A DNA stretch of 64,000 bases from Lama glama (taxonomy: Eukaryota). Within the stretch, counting starts at the first letter, position 1, and each line of letters begins with the position of its first letter. The DNA lies in assembly GCA_028534125.1 (NCBI GenBank), contig CM052816.1, forward strand, positions 76,448,001-76,512,000, in the 5' to 3' direction. Positions 24,966 through 37,685 of this stretch are shown here, one piece after another. Under the pieces are notes generated by a model that was not told the origin of the DNA, made no database searches, and worked only from the letters and a program-made list of their open reading frames with translations. The translations under genes and the position numbers were made by a program.

Positions 24966-27531
24966 CTGAACACAAAAGGACAAAATGACAGACAAATAGA
25001 GGGAGGAAGGCACATTAAAGAAGAATGGAAAAGAACAAAGAAAATAAGAGATCAGTGTGGGGAAGACGAAATTTCTCAACATTACCAGCACTACCAGGCA
25101 TGCATAACCAGATTCCCAAGAATCACTGTCTTAACGTTATCATACAAAACCAGACAGCCCATCTCTTACTTGTGTCATTTATAGTGCTGCTAAGAAAACT
25201 ATTGATATGTTTTTCCTGACACAGATTGGCTTGTGGGTTGCAGACTTGAAACATCGTCAATGGACACTCAAAGCTGAGTTAGATTAGGTGCACTAAGAAA
25301 TTGATCCACGAGGCTGTGCAGAGCGGCTGCTTTGTGCAAATGTGTTTCTGGTTTACATCTAGGCAGCTCCTTTCCTTCCTTCTCCTTTCTCATCCAGACC
25401 ACAATTACACTTGTTATTCGGAAGACAGCTCTTTTGAATGCATTTAGAGGTACAAATAATTATATATTGTTCTTTGCCCTCAGGACCAGAAAAATTTTAT
25501 TTCGTGATATGAATACTTCTGTGGTATTTTAAAAATGATTTAATTTTCGGTTATTTTCTGGGACACTGAAATTTAGAAACTGATATAAAACAAACACAAT
25601 CTTCACTATAATTTTTGGCTTGTGCATAAACTTTCCGTGGCTATAAAAGAGTTTTGTTGGAATTGTTTGGACTTCCTAAAAGGTAAGATTAAAAAAGATT
25701 TGAACCAGAAATCAGGGGATATGACTAATTCTGATCTCAGGTGAGTCATTATCAACTTGAGATCTTAATGTGAGAGTACCAAGTTTTCTTTTGTTTCATA
25801 TATATATATACATTATGTTATATATTTCACATATATACATATATTATAAAGCTTAAGGTTTTTCCTCAAAACTGTTGGGGTAAAAACAATCTTATGATAC
25901 TTGTTTTATTTAGTCAAAATTTAATGTAAATAGCTACCACACATATTTTTGGGAATGTATTTGAAAGGATCAAGTCACCTTAGTGTAATGTTTTTACCTT
26001 TTCCTGTTGCTGATTTGCAAAACTTGCAAAATTATGAAGAGTAGGATAAACATAATTAACTCTCAAAGTTAAATTTAAAAAAAGCTAACTTTTAAACTAG
26101 TGATTTAAAATGTGATATTCTATAAATATCTTTTACTGTTAATTTTAATAGATAATTTAAAACATTTCAGAAAAAAACCTTAATAAGTACATGCAAATAA
26201 TAAAATATGAAAATAATTTCAATAATTTGTTTTTACTTTTACTATAGTTTACATTCCCAATGAAACTATGTTCAAACTTTTTATATTCTATGTACATTCA
26301 CATGTTTTTTTAAATCCTTTAGATAGCTACTGACAAGAGAATACAAATTATGTGAAAATATTAATTATAACAACATATAGTAACTGGAACTCTTCTAAAC
26401 GTCTCTGGGACATCAACAGAATGACAAATGTGCCAAAATAATTTAATACACTGTCGTTGATATTTCATAGACTTTTAATGAAATAAAATCCACAGCCTTA
26501 ATGTATATATTTAATTTTATTGTTTTGAATGTGTATCAATGTAGGAGAATGGGGCATCTCTTATTAAATAGTTTGCAGTTTGATTTCTACCTTTTAAATA
26601 TACACACATATGGTGCACAGGCCTTCATTTGTACACTTGCCCCAGGCCTTGCAAATGTTGAGACAGTCTAAGTTTTGACAGCTTAGATATAGCATGAAGT
26701 TTACCTCTGCCAGATGTGTGGAAAAGGCTGTTTCTCTATGGATGTTTCACTAATGTGAGAATCCTGGAAAAAAAACCACATATTTTTAAAATTTATTTTG
26801 AATAGAAATCAATTTATACCATGTCCTAAAGTTGTGAGATAAATTATTTAAAAGTTGTTTTAAGTGCTTTTTTAATATAAGAAATTATTTATAATTTCAA
26901 TGAAGATCCTGGATATTGAGCTTGGAATTATCTAGTCATATATCATCAATAAAGCAGATCTCATGAACAATCATTATTTAACTGATTACTCATTGTTTTT
27001 CTGATTGTACGCTGTATGTCCTTTTAATGAAGGACTTCCATGTGATGTACCCTTTCCATTTGAAAAATGAAGATTGGGGCTGTTCACGGAAGACCTCAGT
27101 GATGAATCTATCTCATCAGTCATCACTTCTCTCCCCCACCCAAATGTTTGGTCTCCTTACTCAATCTTCATGATTCAAGATGTTAGTCTGCATAATGCTT
27201 TGGTTTTCTCATTGCTACCAGAGTTGCCTGGTGGGGCTGCCATATTTCAGTGGATGTCTTTGATACCTGACTCAATTGAAAAATCCCCTCCTTTTGATAT
27301 TAATTCCACAGTATATGTTGAAATGTTCTATAGTTAGTTTTCCTTTCTCTTTTTTATTTAAGCCCTCAACTTGCCTGATTTTGAATTGTTTCCATATTTA
27401 CTTTGGAATAAATCATAATTTGTAAACTTTTCCTACCTTTCGCCCTTCCAAATTCAAGTAGCTTCACCATGCTGGAAACCAAGGCACTGGGGTAAGACAC
27501 CTTGTCTTTAGATGAGAGACAGGGTGACTAA

Positions 27532-28031
27532 NNNNNNNNNNNNNNNNNNNNNNNNNNNNNNNNNNNNNNNNNNNNNNNNNNNNNNNNNNNNNNNNNNNNN
27601 NNNNNNNNNNNNNNNNNNNNNNNNNNNNNNNNNNNNNNNNNNNNNNNNNNNNNNNNNNNNNNNNNNNNNNNNNNNNNNNNNNNNNNNNNNNNNNNNNNNN
27701 NNNNNNNNNNNNNNNNNNNNNNNNNNNNNNNNNNNNNNNNNNNNNNNNNNNNNNNNNNNNNNNNNNNNNNNNNNNNNNNNNNNNNNNNNNNNNNNNNNNN
27801 NNNNNNNNNNNNNNNNNNNNNNNNNNNNNNNNNNNNNNNNNNNNNNNNNNNNNNNNNNNNNNNNNNNNNNNNNNNNNNNNNNNNNNNNNNNNNNNNNNNN
27901 NNNNNNNNNNNNNNNNNNNNNNNNNNNNNNNNNNNNNNNNNNNNNNNNNNNNNNNNNNNNNNNNNNNNNNNNNNNNNNNNNNNNNNNNNNNNNNNNNNNN
28001 NNNNNNNNNNNNNNNNNNNNNNNNNNNNNNN
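27532..28031. other. Assembly gap (500 N)
   Basis: Run of exactly 500 N. Confidence 1.
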
Positions 28032-29349
28032 CATTAAAATTATATTTTTTGGCATAAACTTGTATTTGGATTTTGAATGAAAAGTAAGTGTAAGTATTAA
28101 AAAATTAATGTAGCATGTTAATCTGTGGAAGAAGAGCAGAAGCAATTGTTAGGGAAAAGACAAGGACCACTGCAGTGATTAATAACGTGACCAATGAGTA
28201 TATTTCCTTGCCAAGCAAAGGAACACAGACTAATATAGCAATTTAGTAAAAGATTATCTTAGTGGAAAAATCAAGGGGTTTTACTGTGCTAGAAAGGAAG
28301 AGTTCATTATGTGTGTTAATTATGGATTGAAAATCACTTTCTGTATAGGACAGAATAGTCTACTAAGTCTGTGCTTAATTGATTAAAACTAATCCTATAG
28401 TTCTTTGTTCAGGAAAGAATCTTCATTTAGATCTGGTGAGGATGTAGGATACTGATGGCTCTCAAATTCTTTGTCATTTATCATCTTAGCAGATGGGCTT
28501 CTTCGTGGTCATCAGTTTCAGTGAGTTGTGCTGAAAAATAGCATTTAGTTTTGATATTTGGGGACAAGTACTGCCTTAAGTGGAAAGGTCTCCTTTTATA
28601 CAACGTGCATGTTATCTAAATTGGATTTCTGTGTGATTAAATTTCTCTATGATGTCTTCATCTTCCCGTCGTCTCTGTTTCATGACCCAAAAAAGACAAG
28701 ATTGGCAAAACAGATCAGATCACATCAGTTACAATTTCTGATAATGGTAATATGGATAAATTTCCCAAGTATAAGGTTCATTGCTTAACATTTCTGTACC
28801 TTGAATGAATAACAGAATGGTGTGGAATAATAATGCTTTCCATTGGCTGGAAATAGTTCACTTGTTTTCATCTGAAATAACTTGACTCTCATACAGTGAC
28901 TCTGCTGTCATACAATTATTAGATTTACCAAAACTATAATGTTAAATTTAGATGCTTGGAAAAGGAACTGTATACAGCAATGTGAATTTACAATAATTTT
29001 CAATTCCATACTTCTTTCCTTTGACCAGAATACATTGGTCAATTTCACGAACAATTTAACATTGTCTAATGCTAACACTTAAAATGCAGAAGAGTATGTC
29101 CTTTCCTTACTCAGAGTAAGTTGGAAATGTGTTCTGTAATTAAAGCACAATGATTCAACTTCTTCTTAACAGAAAAGGCACCAACGATTGGCATCTCCCA
29201 AAGAAGTTACATTCCTTTGTGATGTTTGCCAAGTGGCATTTTGAAATGCAGCCCTTTATATATGCCCTGTTTTAATTCAGAAATTCTTCAATTATATGTC
29301 AATACCCAATACTAAATGGAAGACATACCAGTAAATGCCAGCACATCCA

Positions 29350-29570
29350 CTAGTCTCCCATACTTACTAAACTATGTAACCACAGATTGACTAGCCGTGT
29401 AACCTACACAAGTTACTCAGTTTTACGTGTTTTCATTTCCTCATTTGTAAAGTAGAGAATAATGTCATCCATTTATAGAATTTCTGTAAAGACCAAAGAA
29501 GATAAAACGTGCAAAGCTCATGGAACAGAGTCTGCCACATAGTAAGTACAAAATATGTTAGCTACTGATA
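29350..29570 (+). mobile_element. MIR
   Basis: 'tttcctcatttgtaaagtagagaataat...gtgcaaagctcatggaacagagtctgccacatagtaagt'. Confidence 0.75.
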
Positions 29571-32221
29571 TTACCGTCACCAGAGTCCATATATTTTAGT
29601 GATATCCCATTGTTCATTATCATGCTACCATGAAATCATGCAATCAACTCAGCAGGTCAGGAAATAGGAATAATAGTTCTCACAAGCATAGCATTTTATT
29701 TTGAGAGATTATAAATAATCAGTTTAACATTTGCATTAGAAAAGCTGAGATAAAAGGAATTTGAGACATTAATAACTCTCTTAAATGGGCCAAAAACAGA
29801 GCTAGGAATGAAAAAGAGTTCCCTAGTTTGAAACATTCTGATTATTGGCTCTGTGGGTTTTCAAAGGAATTATGGTAAAATTATGGATAATACTTAATTT
29901 TTTGTCCTGCTTTCCTTGATCTTCAAATTTTTCTAAGCCAAATGAGTATTACTTGTTTGCTATAGGCAAAAACTAAAGTAAATACACACAAACAGTATTT
30001 TTTAAAGAAAGAAACTAAAGAAAATGTAAACTTAATAGTATCTTCACTAGTTGAAAATAAAGGTTTGTTACTTTTGTAAGTAAGCTTTAGTTATCTCGGC
30101 CATTTAAAAACCACAATTCACAGTCTGATGATATACATAAAGAGGGGACACAGTGACTTGAATTTTTTTTTTCTCAGTTTATTGTCTATGAAAAACTTGT
30201 TCAGGAGTCATCTTGGGTAAAGTGGGAGACATCCCCTCTACCAACACACTCATGACAAAGCAAATGCAATGTAAGAATTTTAACATTCATTAGTACTCAG
30301 ATCCCTGCTTGCCTGCTTATGGAGAGCACCTTTTTAAGTGTCTGTGAGGACTCTCAAGGGTGCTTACTAACTTTGACTCATCACTTCTGGCCTTTTGCCT
30401 CCAGCTACTGGTGCTGTTCCCCCGCCTGTTAGAAGTCTTTGCCAAGGTGCTGCCTTGGAGCTGAAACCCTACTTCTGATTCATTACTACATCACCACTCT
30501 TCCTGCACAATGCTCAATTTGGGGAAAGGTCCTATAGCAAAGGGATACATGCCTTAAAATCTCCTGGTAGTTAATGATAGAACTCTTTCCACTTGCCATC
30601 TGAGAACATGGCCAAAGGCAGGTCCACATGGCCCTAGGAACCCACTGAGAAAGGTAGCTCCATGCAGTCACCAGTTCCCTTGACTCTGAGTGTCACCACC
30701 ACCACTGTCACTCTACCTCTGAGGATATCTCCTGATTTACCCAGGCATCCGCATGATATGTAGTGAGATATTAAATATGTGTTTTCTACCTATCTATTAT
30801 TTTCATGTCTTTTGCTAAGTCAGGGAATACTCCACAACAGTGGTGCATGCATTCCAAAATGTTCAAGTCTTTTCTGTGCTCACGTATTTAGTCATTAGAC
30901 CCAGGTCATGCAACTACTTCTACAGTCTCCAACTCGAATAAGTTTCAAAATTAGCTATGTCCTTCTACCAACAGGACTTTTTGCTGAATGTGTTCTCACA
31001 ATTCCAGACTCTTCCTTCCATTTGGGGCCCTGTTGTCCTTTTCTATTGTCTGGGCATGGTTGAGGCCACTCAGGTTGACCAGATATGTTTGTATATCATT
31101 TTGTAACATATTAACATGAGTTCCAGTCTCTTCCTCCACCCCAGGAAATCAGCCTCTCTGCAGGTTAGTAGATTCAATAGATACCTATCAACTCTTACCA
31201 GACAGAAGAGTATAAACCCTCATCCACCCAACCTAAATTCCAAGTAAGAATTCCTTCAGCATGTACGCTCTTCCCAAGAAATTAAGTCAGGAGCTCTGTT
31301 GTTGTTGTTGTTGTTTTAACCAACTTTCAACTGTTTGTGTCCCAAATAGAAAAAGTGCTAAAATTTATAGATCAAAGCATAGTCAGCTGTACAGTCATGA
31401 CCTTTTAAAGCTCTCAGATGAAAGTTCCCAATATTTCTGACTTTTGGCTTGTGACATCACTATTTGCATAGGTAGTGAGAGTTAATCTATACATTTTATA
31501 TTTTTTAGATTTAAAATAAATGCATACAAGTATTGAAACAGTATGGGATTATATAAGGTAAAAGTGTAAGAAAGAATTAGAAAAAGCACAGGAAAATCAA
31601 GGAGGAGTTGTGCTAAAGTCCTAAAAGTGGTTTGTTGGAAATGTTATTGGAGAAATTTTTCACCCTTTATGTAATTGTAGAATGGTGCAGTTGAGGCTGA
31701 ATTTTACTTTTTTTGGTGATGTGAGAGAAAATGTGATAAAAAACACAGTAATGCATTTTCACCTTTAGGGTATCCATTTTTATTCTTTGAATGGCACTAT
31801 GTTTCTACTTTGAATAACTTCTCTAGGTACTGAAGTAACAGAAATAGAAATAACATCAATATTTTTGGACAGATTTTTTAATTTAAACATTCTGCTATTC
31901 ACTGATGTAATATTACTGTAATCTACTTTTTTCATTCTTTAATGTTATCCTCATAAAGTCAAGTTCAGTTGCTTTTTTATCAGAACCTAAAGTTGTCTAT
32001 GTTACAAATGGAAAAGGAACTCATTTCCTAAAAATTCAAAACCCACTTCTATACTGTGTAAGATATAGTTAAATAGTAGGATGCACTGTCTTAGATAAGC
32101 CATTTGATTTATGTGGAAAACAAGAAACTCCACCCAGTGTTCAAGAATTTCAAGCCTGCTGTCTTGAAAGTAGATTTATAGTTTCATATTTGTCATACTA
32201 ATCTCCACTATTCATTCATAT

Positions 32222-32260
32222 CCTCTCTCTCTCTCTCTCTCGCTCTCCCCCTCTCTCTTC
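32222..32260. repeat. (CT)n microsatellite
   Basis: Directly visible. Confidence 0.85.
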
Positions 32261-34002
32261 TGTTGATATATTTTCTGGTGAAAAAGTACTTGGCATAAAG
32301 GTCAAGTTGTGAAAAATGATCTCATTTATGCTGTAAATAGTGAGATACAGTTTCTTACTTTGTTTTAGATAGAATCAGATAGAATTAATTTCTCTGAAAG
32401 CTACAGCTGATAAAGTCAGTTGTACGGCCCCTGGGGATTGCAGTGATCTATTTCTCTTTAATCTGTCCTTGATCTGATTTATAAGCCCCCTTTGGAACAA
32501 ATGACTCCCCAAGAGAGAAAAATTTCTATATCCCCATACCCTACCCTAGCTCTCACTCAGATACTCTATGGAAAAAACAGTAAACATGGTCCCAGGGATG
32601 CAAATGTGAAGTTTGGACGCCTGAAGCATTGCTTGTGGCTGGTGCTAGTGATCAGATGTGGAAAAGAGAAAGCAAGATTTATTGCCATGTTTTTCTCCTT
32701 TATACTTTTTAGATCTTTGTTTCTCTAATATATTATGGAGACAAATGGAATGGGCAAAGGGGCTTTTGTAGTTAACCCCAGGCCTGGAGGAAAATGGCAT
32801 TAGACTGATTAAGAATGAAACCCCAATGGAGACAAATAATATGGGTTCTCAGTCATAGGGAGAGCGAGGAGCTGGGTTCATGGCATAAGCTAATGAGGGG
32901 GGTCATGAAAACATTTGTACAGGATAAGCACTTTTATCCTTAATCTAGAGGGAGCAGTCATGGTAGGCTTTAGGAGGAAATGCGCCAAAGAAGATTTTTC
33001 TTGAGCAAGGCCAACGCCTAGTGGAGTAGTTGTCAACTAATCTGGTGGTCTTTGAAAATCTTGAGCCTGGATAGTATTTAGTGTTCCATCTGCTCTATTC
33101 TGTCAGCAGGGAAGGCTGGAATGTGAGGAAAGGTGAGAGTGTTGGCAAATCCTATTCCAAGGATTAAAAAACTGTAAGTCCATGGGAGTTTTAGTTACCA
33201 ATTTAGATGCAGGTTAGCAACTACCTTTATAAGAAGTTTAAAAGGTTTGTGATTCTTTTGTTTGTAATTTTGTAACTGTTATGGTGACATTTTGTTATTA
33301 CTAGCAGCCTTCGTGGTTCTCCTTGAGAACCACAAATACCAAAGGAACTAAGTTAACTGTATCTCATTTAAGAGCTCAATTTCAGAGGACAGAAGGGAAG
33401 TCCAAGGGTTTAGAAGATAAGGTAATATTTACAAAAGAGGAAGAAATCAGTTGAATCCTTGCAACCTGTTGAAAAGATTAAAGAACATGGGTGGCTGATC
33501 TAGTTTTGCATGATTTTAGGAAAGATTTTAGCAATGAAAAGCACTAGTTGACTTTTTTAAGTTTCAATTTTATTCACAAAGTCTGTGGAAACTTTTTGTA
33601 TTCTATAGCATTGGCTTAGCAATGTATACAAGTGGGAAGTGCCAAGTTGTTCACTAAAATCTGTTTAATTGATTTCTTGAGAGAAGGAAAACAAGGTTTA
33701 AACAAAGTCAAAGATGAATATTCCCAACCCTCCCTTCCTCAGATTATCTCATCCTTATCCTGATAGACACATTGCTCTTTTAAGGGTTACATTTGTTCCA
33801 TAAGTAAAGGATAGTCTCTTCCATTCACTTGGTATAACTTCAGGAACAGGAGCATATTTTAATGGTAAGTTGTATATTTGCTATCAAATATATTTCCAAT
33901 ATATCCCCAAACCAAATGCTCAGTTGTCTCCAGAAAAAGTAATAAGATAATCCTCTGAGAACTTTCTTGTTAAATCATTTCTCTTTCCTTGGTTCATATG
34001 CA

Positions 34003-34210
34003 TTTTTTATTAATTGAAGTATAATAGATTTGCAAAGTTGTATTAGTTTCTGGTGCAGCATAGTAATTCAATTATACATATATATTCTTTTTCATTATAG
34101 ATTATTACAAGATATGGAATATAGTTCCCAGTAGGACCTTGTTGTTTATCTGTTTTATACACAGTAGTTAGTATCTGCAACCCCCAAATTCCCAATTTAT
34201 CCCTCCCCAT
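34003..34210 (-). mobile_element. L1 3' UTR tip
   Basis: 'taattgaagtataatagattt...ttattacaagatatggaatatagttccc...aattcccaatttatccctccc'. Confidence 0.85.
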
Positions 34211-34409
34211 TAAATGCAAGTTTCTGAAAAGAGCTCTAGAATATGAGAGCAAACGGGACATAGCATTATGCAATAATAAAAATTACAAGTAAAAGACTAA
34301 ATATTCATGAATTCAAAGTGCTAAGGATCACCCCCCCAATCCAAAAATATAAATAATTTCAGTCAGTTGCTCATGTTTTTCTCTGGCCTGAAATGACTTG
34401 GTAGTTCAT

Positions 34410-34920
34410 GATGGCAGTCATTGCCCAAGTGCTCTTAGATCCCCTAAGGGCTTCTGCCCACCCACAACTTCTGCTGCCCAAGCAACCACATGATCACACC
34501 TCTCTCATTCCCAGTCTTGGCTGATTGAAGCAGTGCTGGTCCATAATTGGAGACACTTTATCCATAGGATGCTTAATCACTATATGTGACATGAGGGTTT
34601 ATCAGATTCCCTCCATTGACTACAATAGGAAGTAAAAAATTCACAATGCGAAAGCTGAGAAACACTAGGGTCAAAACTCCATAGAATATGGCCAAGTAAT
34701 AACTGCAAAGTCTTAGAAGATCAAAAATCTATTAACTACAAATTCTAAGCTTTCAAGAGATCCTGAGAATCCAGTCCCTCCCTATCAAGCTGTAGGTTTG
34801 ATGAAACTTTAGTGTGGTTTCTTAAATTTCCAGGAAAATCCATTTATTGTCTCACTGGCAGCTTCATAATAAGTTAACTTTAATTTTTTTCTATTCCTTG
34901 CAACTATGAGAACTGTATCA
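34410..34920 (+). mobile_element. Ancient ERVL/MaLR-type LTR
   Basis: Begins near 'tggcagtcattgcccaagtgctc' and ends 'ttctattccttgcaact'; subfamily uncertain. Confidence 0.4.
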
Positions 34921-34989
34921 AAATACTCTATACTCTATTTTCCATCAAAGCAAAGTCTCTTCCAGATATTATTCAAATTTACCTTCTCT

Positions 34990-35458
34990 GACCTAAACAG
35001 ACATTTCTCCAATGAGGACATACATGAGGCCAATAGGCACATGAAAAAAAAAAAGCTCAATATTGCTAATTATTAGAGAAATGCAAATCAAAACTACAGT
35101 GGAATACTACTCAGCCATAAAAAAGAATAAAATAATGCCATTTGCAGCAACATGGATGGACCTAGAGAATGTCATACTAAGTGAAGTAAGCCAGAAAGAG
35201 AAAGAAAAATACCACATGATATCACTTATATGTGGAATCTAAATAATGACACAAATGAACTTATTTACAAAATAGAAACAGACTCTCAAACATAGAAAAT
35301 AAACTTATAGGATGGGGTAGAGGGATAAATTGGGAGTTTGGGATTTGCAGGTACTAACTACTATATACAAAGTAGATAAACAAGGTCCTGTTGCATAGCA
35401 CAGGGAAGTATATTCAATATCTTGGAATAGACTATGATGAAAAAGAATATGAAAAGGA

Positions 35459-35495
<37 letters not shown>

Positions 35496-35570
35496 TATAT
35501 ATATATGAATCACTATACTGTACACCAGAAATTAACACAACATTGTAAACTGACAATACAATTAAAAATT
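34990..35570 (+). mobile_element. 5'-truncated L1 with an internal deletion
   Basis: 'acctaaacagacatttctcc', 'tttgcagcaacatggatggacctagag', and a 3' UTR containing a (TA)n(CA)n tract. Confidence 0.9.
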
Positions 35571-35639
35571 TTTTCTTCATAGCTATATTTCCATGCTAAG
35601 TAGAATCATGGGCTGGTAATATGCACTCAGAAATATTTA

Positions 35640-36495
35640 CATTAATATCTCCCAGAACAAGTCTTTCCTATTCAGAAAATGGCATCACTGAAGACTCATT
35701 TGCTCAGAACAAAAGCTCCCAGAGTTATACCTATTTCTTCTCTTTCTCTTGCTCTCCATATTCTATTCTGTCAGTCTAATTCAAAATGCATCCCACATCC
35801 TAAGAGTCCTCACTATCTTAATTGCTACTCACTCAGTCCAAGTTGCCACTCTGTCTCACTGGGATATTTCTTTGTGCTCCAGACCATTTTCTTTGTATCT
35901 CCAATTTTGCCCCCTGCCCCAAGAGATCTTCCTGCACACTACATCTGAGTGATTTTTCTGCATTGTAAAATTGTTCCCACCACACCTGCACTCAAAATCC
36001 TTTATTGATTTTTCCCATTGAAACAGTAAAACATTCCAAACTAGTCATCACAGTAAGTGAGGTCCTATACAATCTCCCCTTTGCCCATATCACCATCCTT
36101 CTCTGTCAACACTACTCTTAATTATTTCCTTTGAACACATGGGCATTTCCATCTCAAGTTCCTCTTCTTGGAGCAGTTCCCAGGGTCTTTATCTAGTTGA
36201 TTTCTTCTCATAACTTGAATTTTAAATAATACCTCTTCATGCCTTCTTTGTCCACCCTTTCTAAAGCAATTAGTTTGTCCCTGCTTCCAAGCACTGACAT
36301 ATTATCCTGGGTCTTCCACACATAAGTATGGAGAAATCTAAAATTTATTTCTTGTATGTGTTTGCTTGCTTTTAGTTAATGACTTTATCTATCGCCATCC
36401 AGAAGACTGTAAACTCCTATGTCCTCCTCTATGTCTAGTACCCAGAACAGTGTCTAGTAGTAGATGCTCAAGGAATATTTGTTTTTGGCTGACTA
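35640..36495 (+). mobile_element. L2 3' portion
   Basis: 'tcagaaaatggcatcact', 'agactgtaaactcc' and 'cccagaacagtgtctagtagtagatgctcaaggaatatttgtt'. Confidence 0.75.
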
Positions 36496-37119
36496 ATTTG
36501 GAGTTGTAAAACATGGTTAAATCTCACCATTAACTCATTTTGCAGTGAAGTAAATAATTTAACATAAAAAATGCTAGTTCATAATATACTAATAATAGAC
36601 CTATAAATTGTAAGAGTATGATGGACCTCAACTGCAATCACACAACACAATTGAAAGTTCTATGTAAATCATAAAGTACTATAATTATAGTCCAATCACG
36701 ATCTATACAGATTGCCTACATTACTAAAATTCTGGAAAGACTAATTGGAGTTTATATAAAGAATAGGCCAAAAAATAAGTTAAAATGACAGCTCCTACTA
36801 TGGAAATATGTCCTTTTTTGTAATAATAGTTAATCTTTGAAATAGTGTGTTAATGTGTTACTCTTTATTTCAAAGATAAGAAAATAATATTCAACATTGG
36901 TTGTCATGCAACTTATTGCAATTTTATTTCATTAACAGGGGAATGTCTATAAAGAAGATTTGGTCAATGTTCTTAATTAAATTTTGAAATCTCAAGCATG
37001 AAACTTATGAAAAAATTTACTAGTATATCTCAGCATTATGGTTCTTTCTGACTTTATCATTTTACAAGCTCCCTACACAAATGCTCAGAATTCAGTCATG
37101 GGGAGACCCTTGAGTGAGT

Positions 37120-37161
37120 GAGAGAAAGAGAGAAAGAGAAAAAAAGAAGGAAAGAAGGAAA

Positions 37162-37246
<85 letters not shown>

Positions 37247-37324
37247 GAAAAAGCAGGAAGGAAGGGAAGGGAAGGGGAAGGGGGAAGGAGGAAGGAAGGA
37301 AGAAAAAGAAGAAAGAAAGAAAGG
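37120..37324. repeat. (GAAA)n-centred polypurine tract
   Basis: 205 bp of A/G with a single C (37254). Confidence 0.97.
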
Positions 37325-37509
37325 CTGGAATGACACCTGTCAAATACAAATTGCAACTCCATCACTCAACTAATTAAAGATACCATTCACTAACAGTTAG
37401 CCAAATAAGATGAGAAGTATGTAAATCTGTAAATACATAGATTAAATTTTGACCAGAGTGTAGAAAGATTTACTGGAAAATTAAATGAGCTGAATTGTTC
37501 TGTTGAGTT

Positions 37510-37685
37510 GAAGATAAAGCTGTGATCTGGAAGCAAGAGATGCAAATTCTATTCCTGGACTTAGAATTTATTAACTCTGATGGAATCTTCCACCTCTCTG
37601 GGGATCGATTTCTTTCCTTTAAAAAATGAAAGGTATAGATGACCTAGATGACCCTCAGGGTCTTTCTACTTCTGGAAATGCAGTT
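37510..37685 (+). mobile_element. MIR (MIR3/MIRc-like)
   Basis: 'ctggaagcaagagatgcaaattctattcctgg...tttctttcctttaaaaaatgaaagg...gacctagatgaccctcagggtc'. Confidence 0.6.

Noticed and set aside
37085..37377. Lys/Glu/Arg-rich and Phe/Leu/Ser-rich ORFs
   Set aside because: Translations of the (GAAA)n tract.
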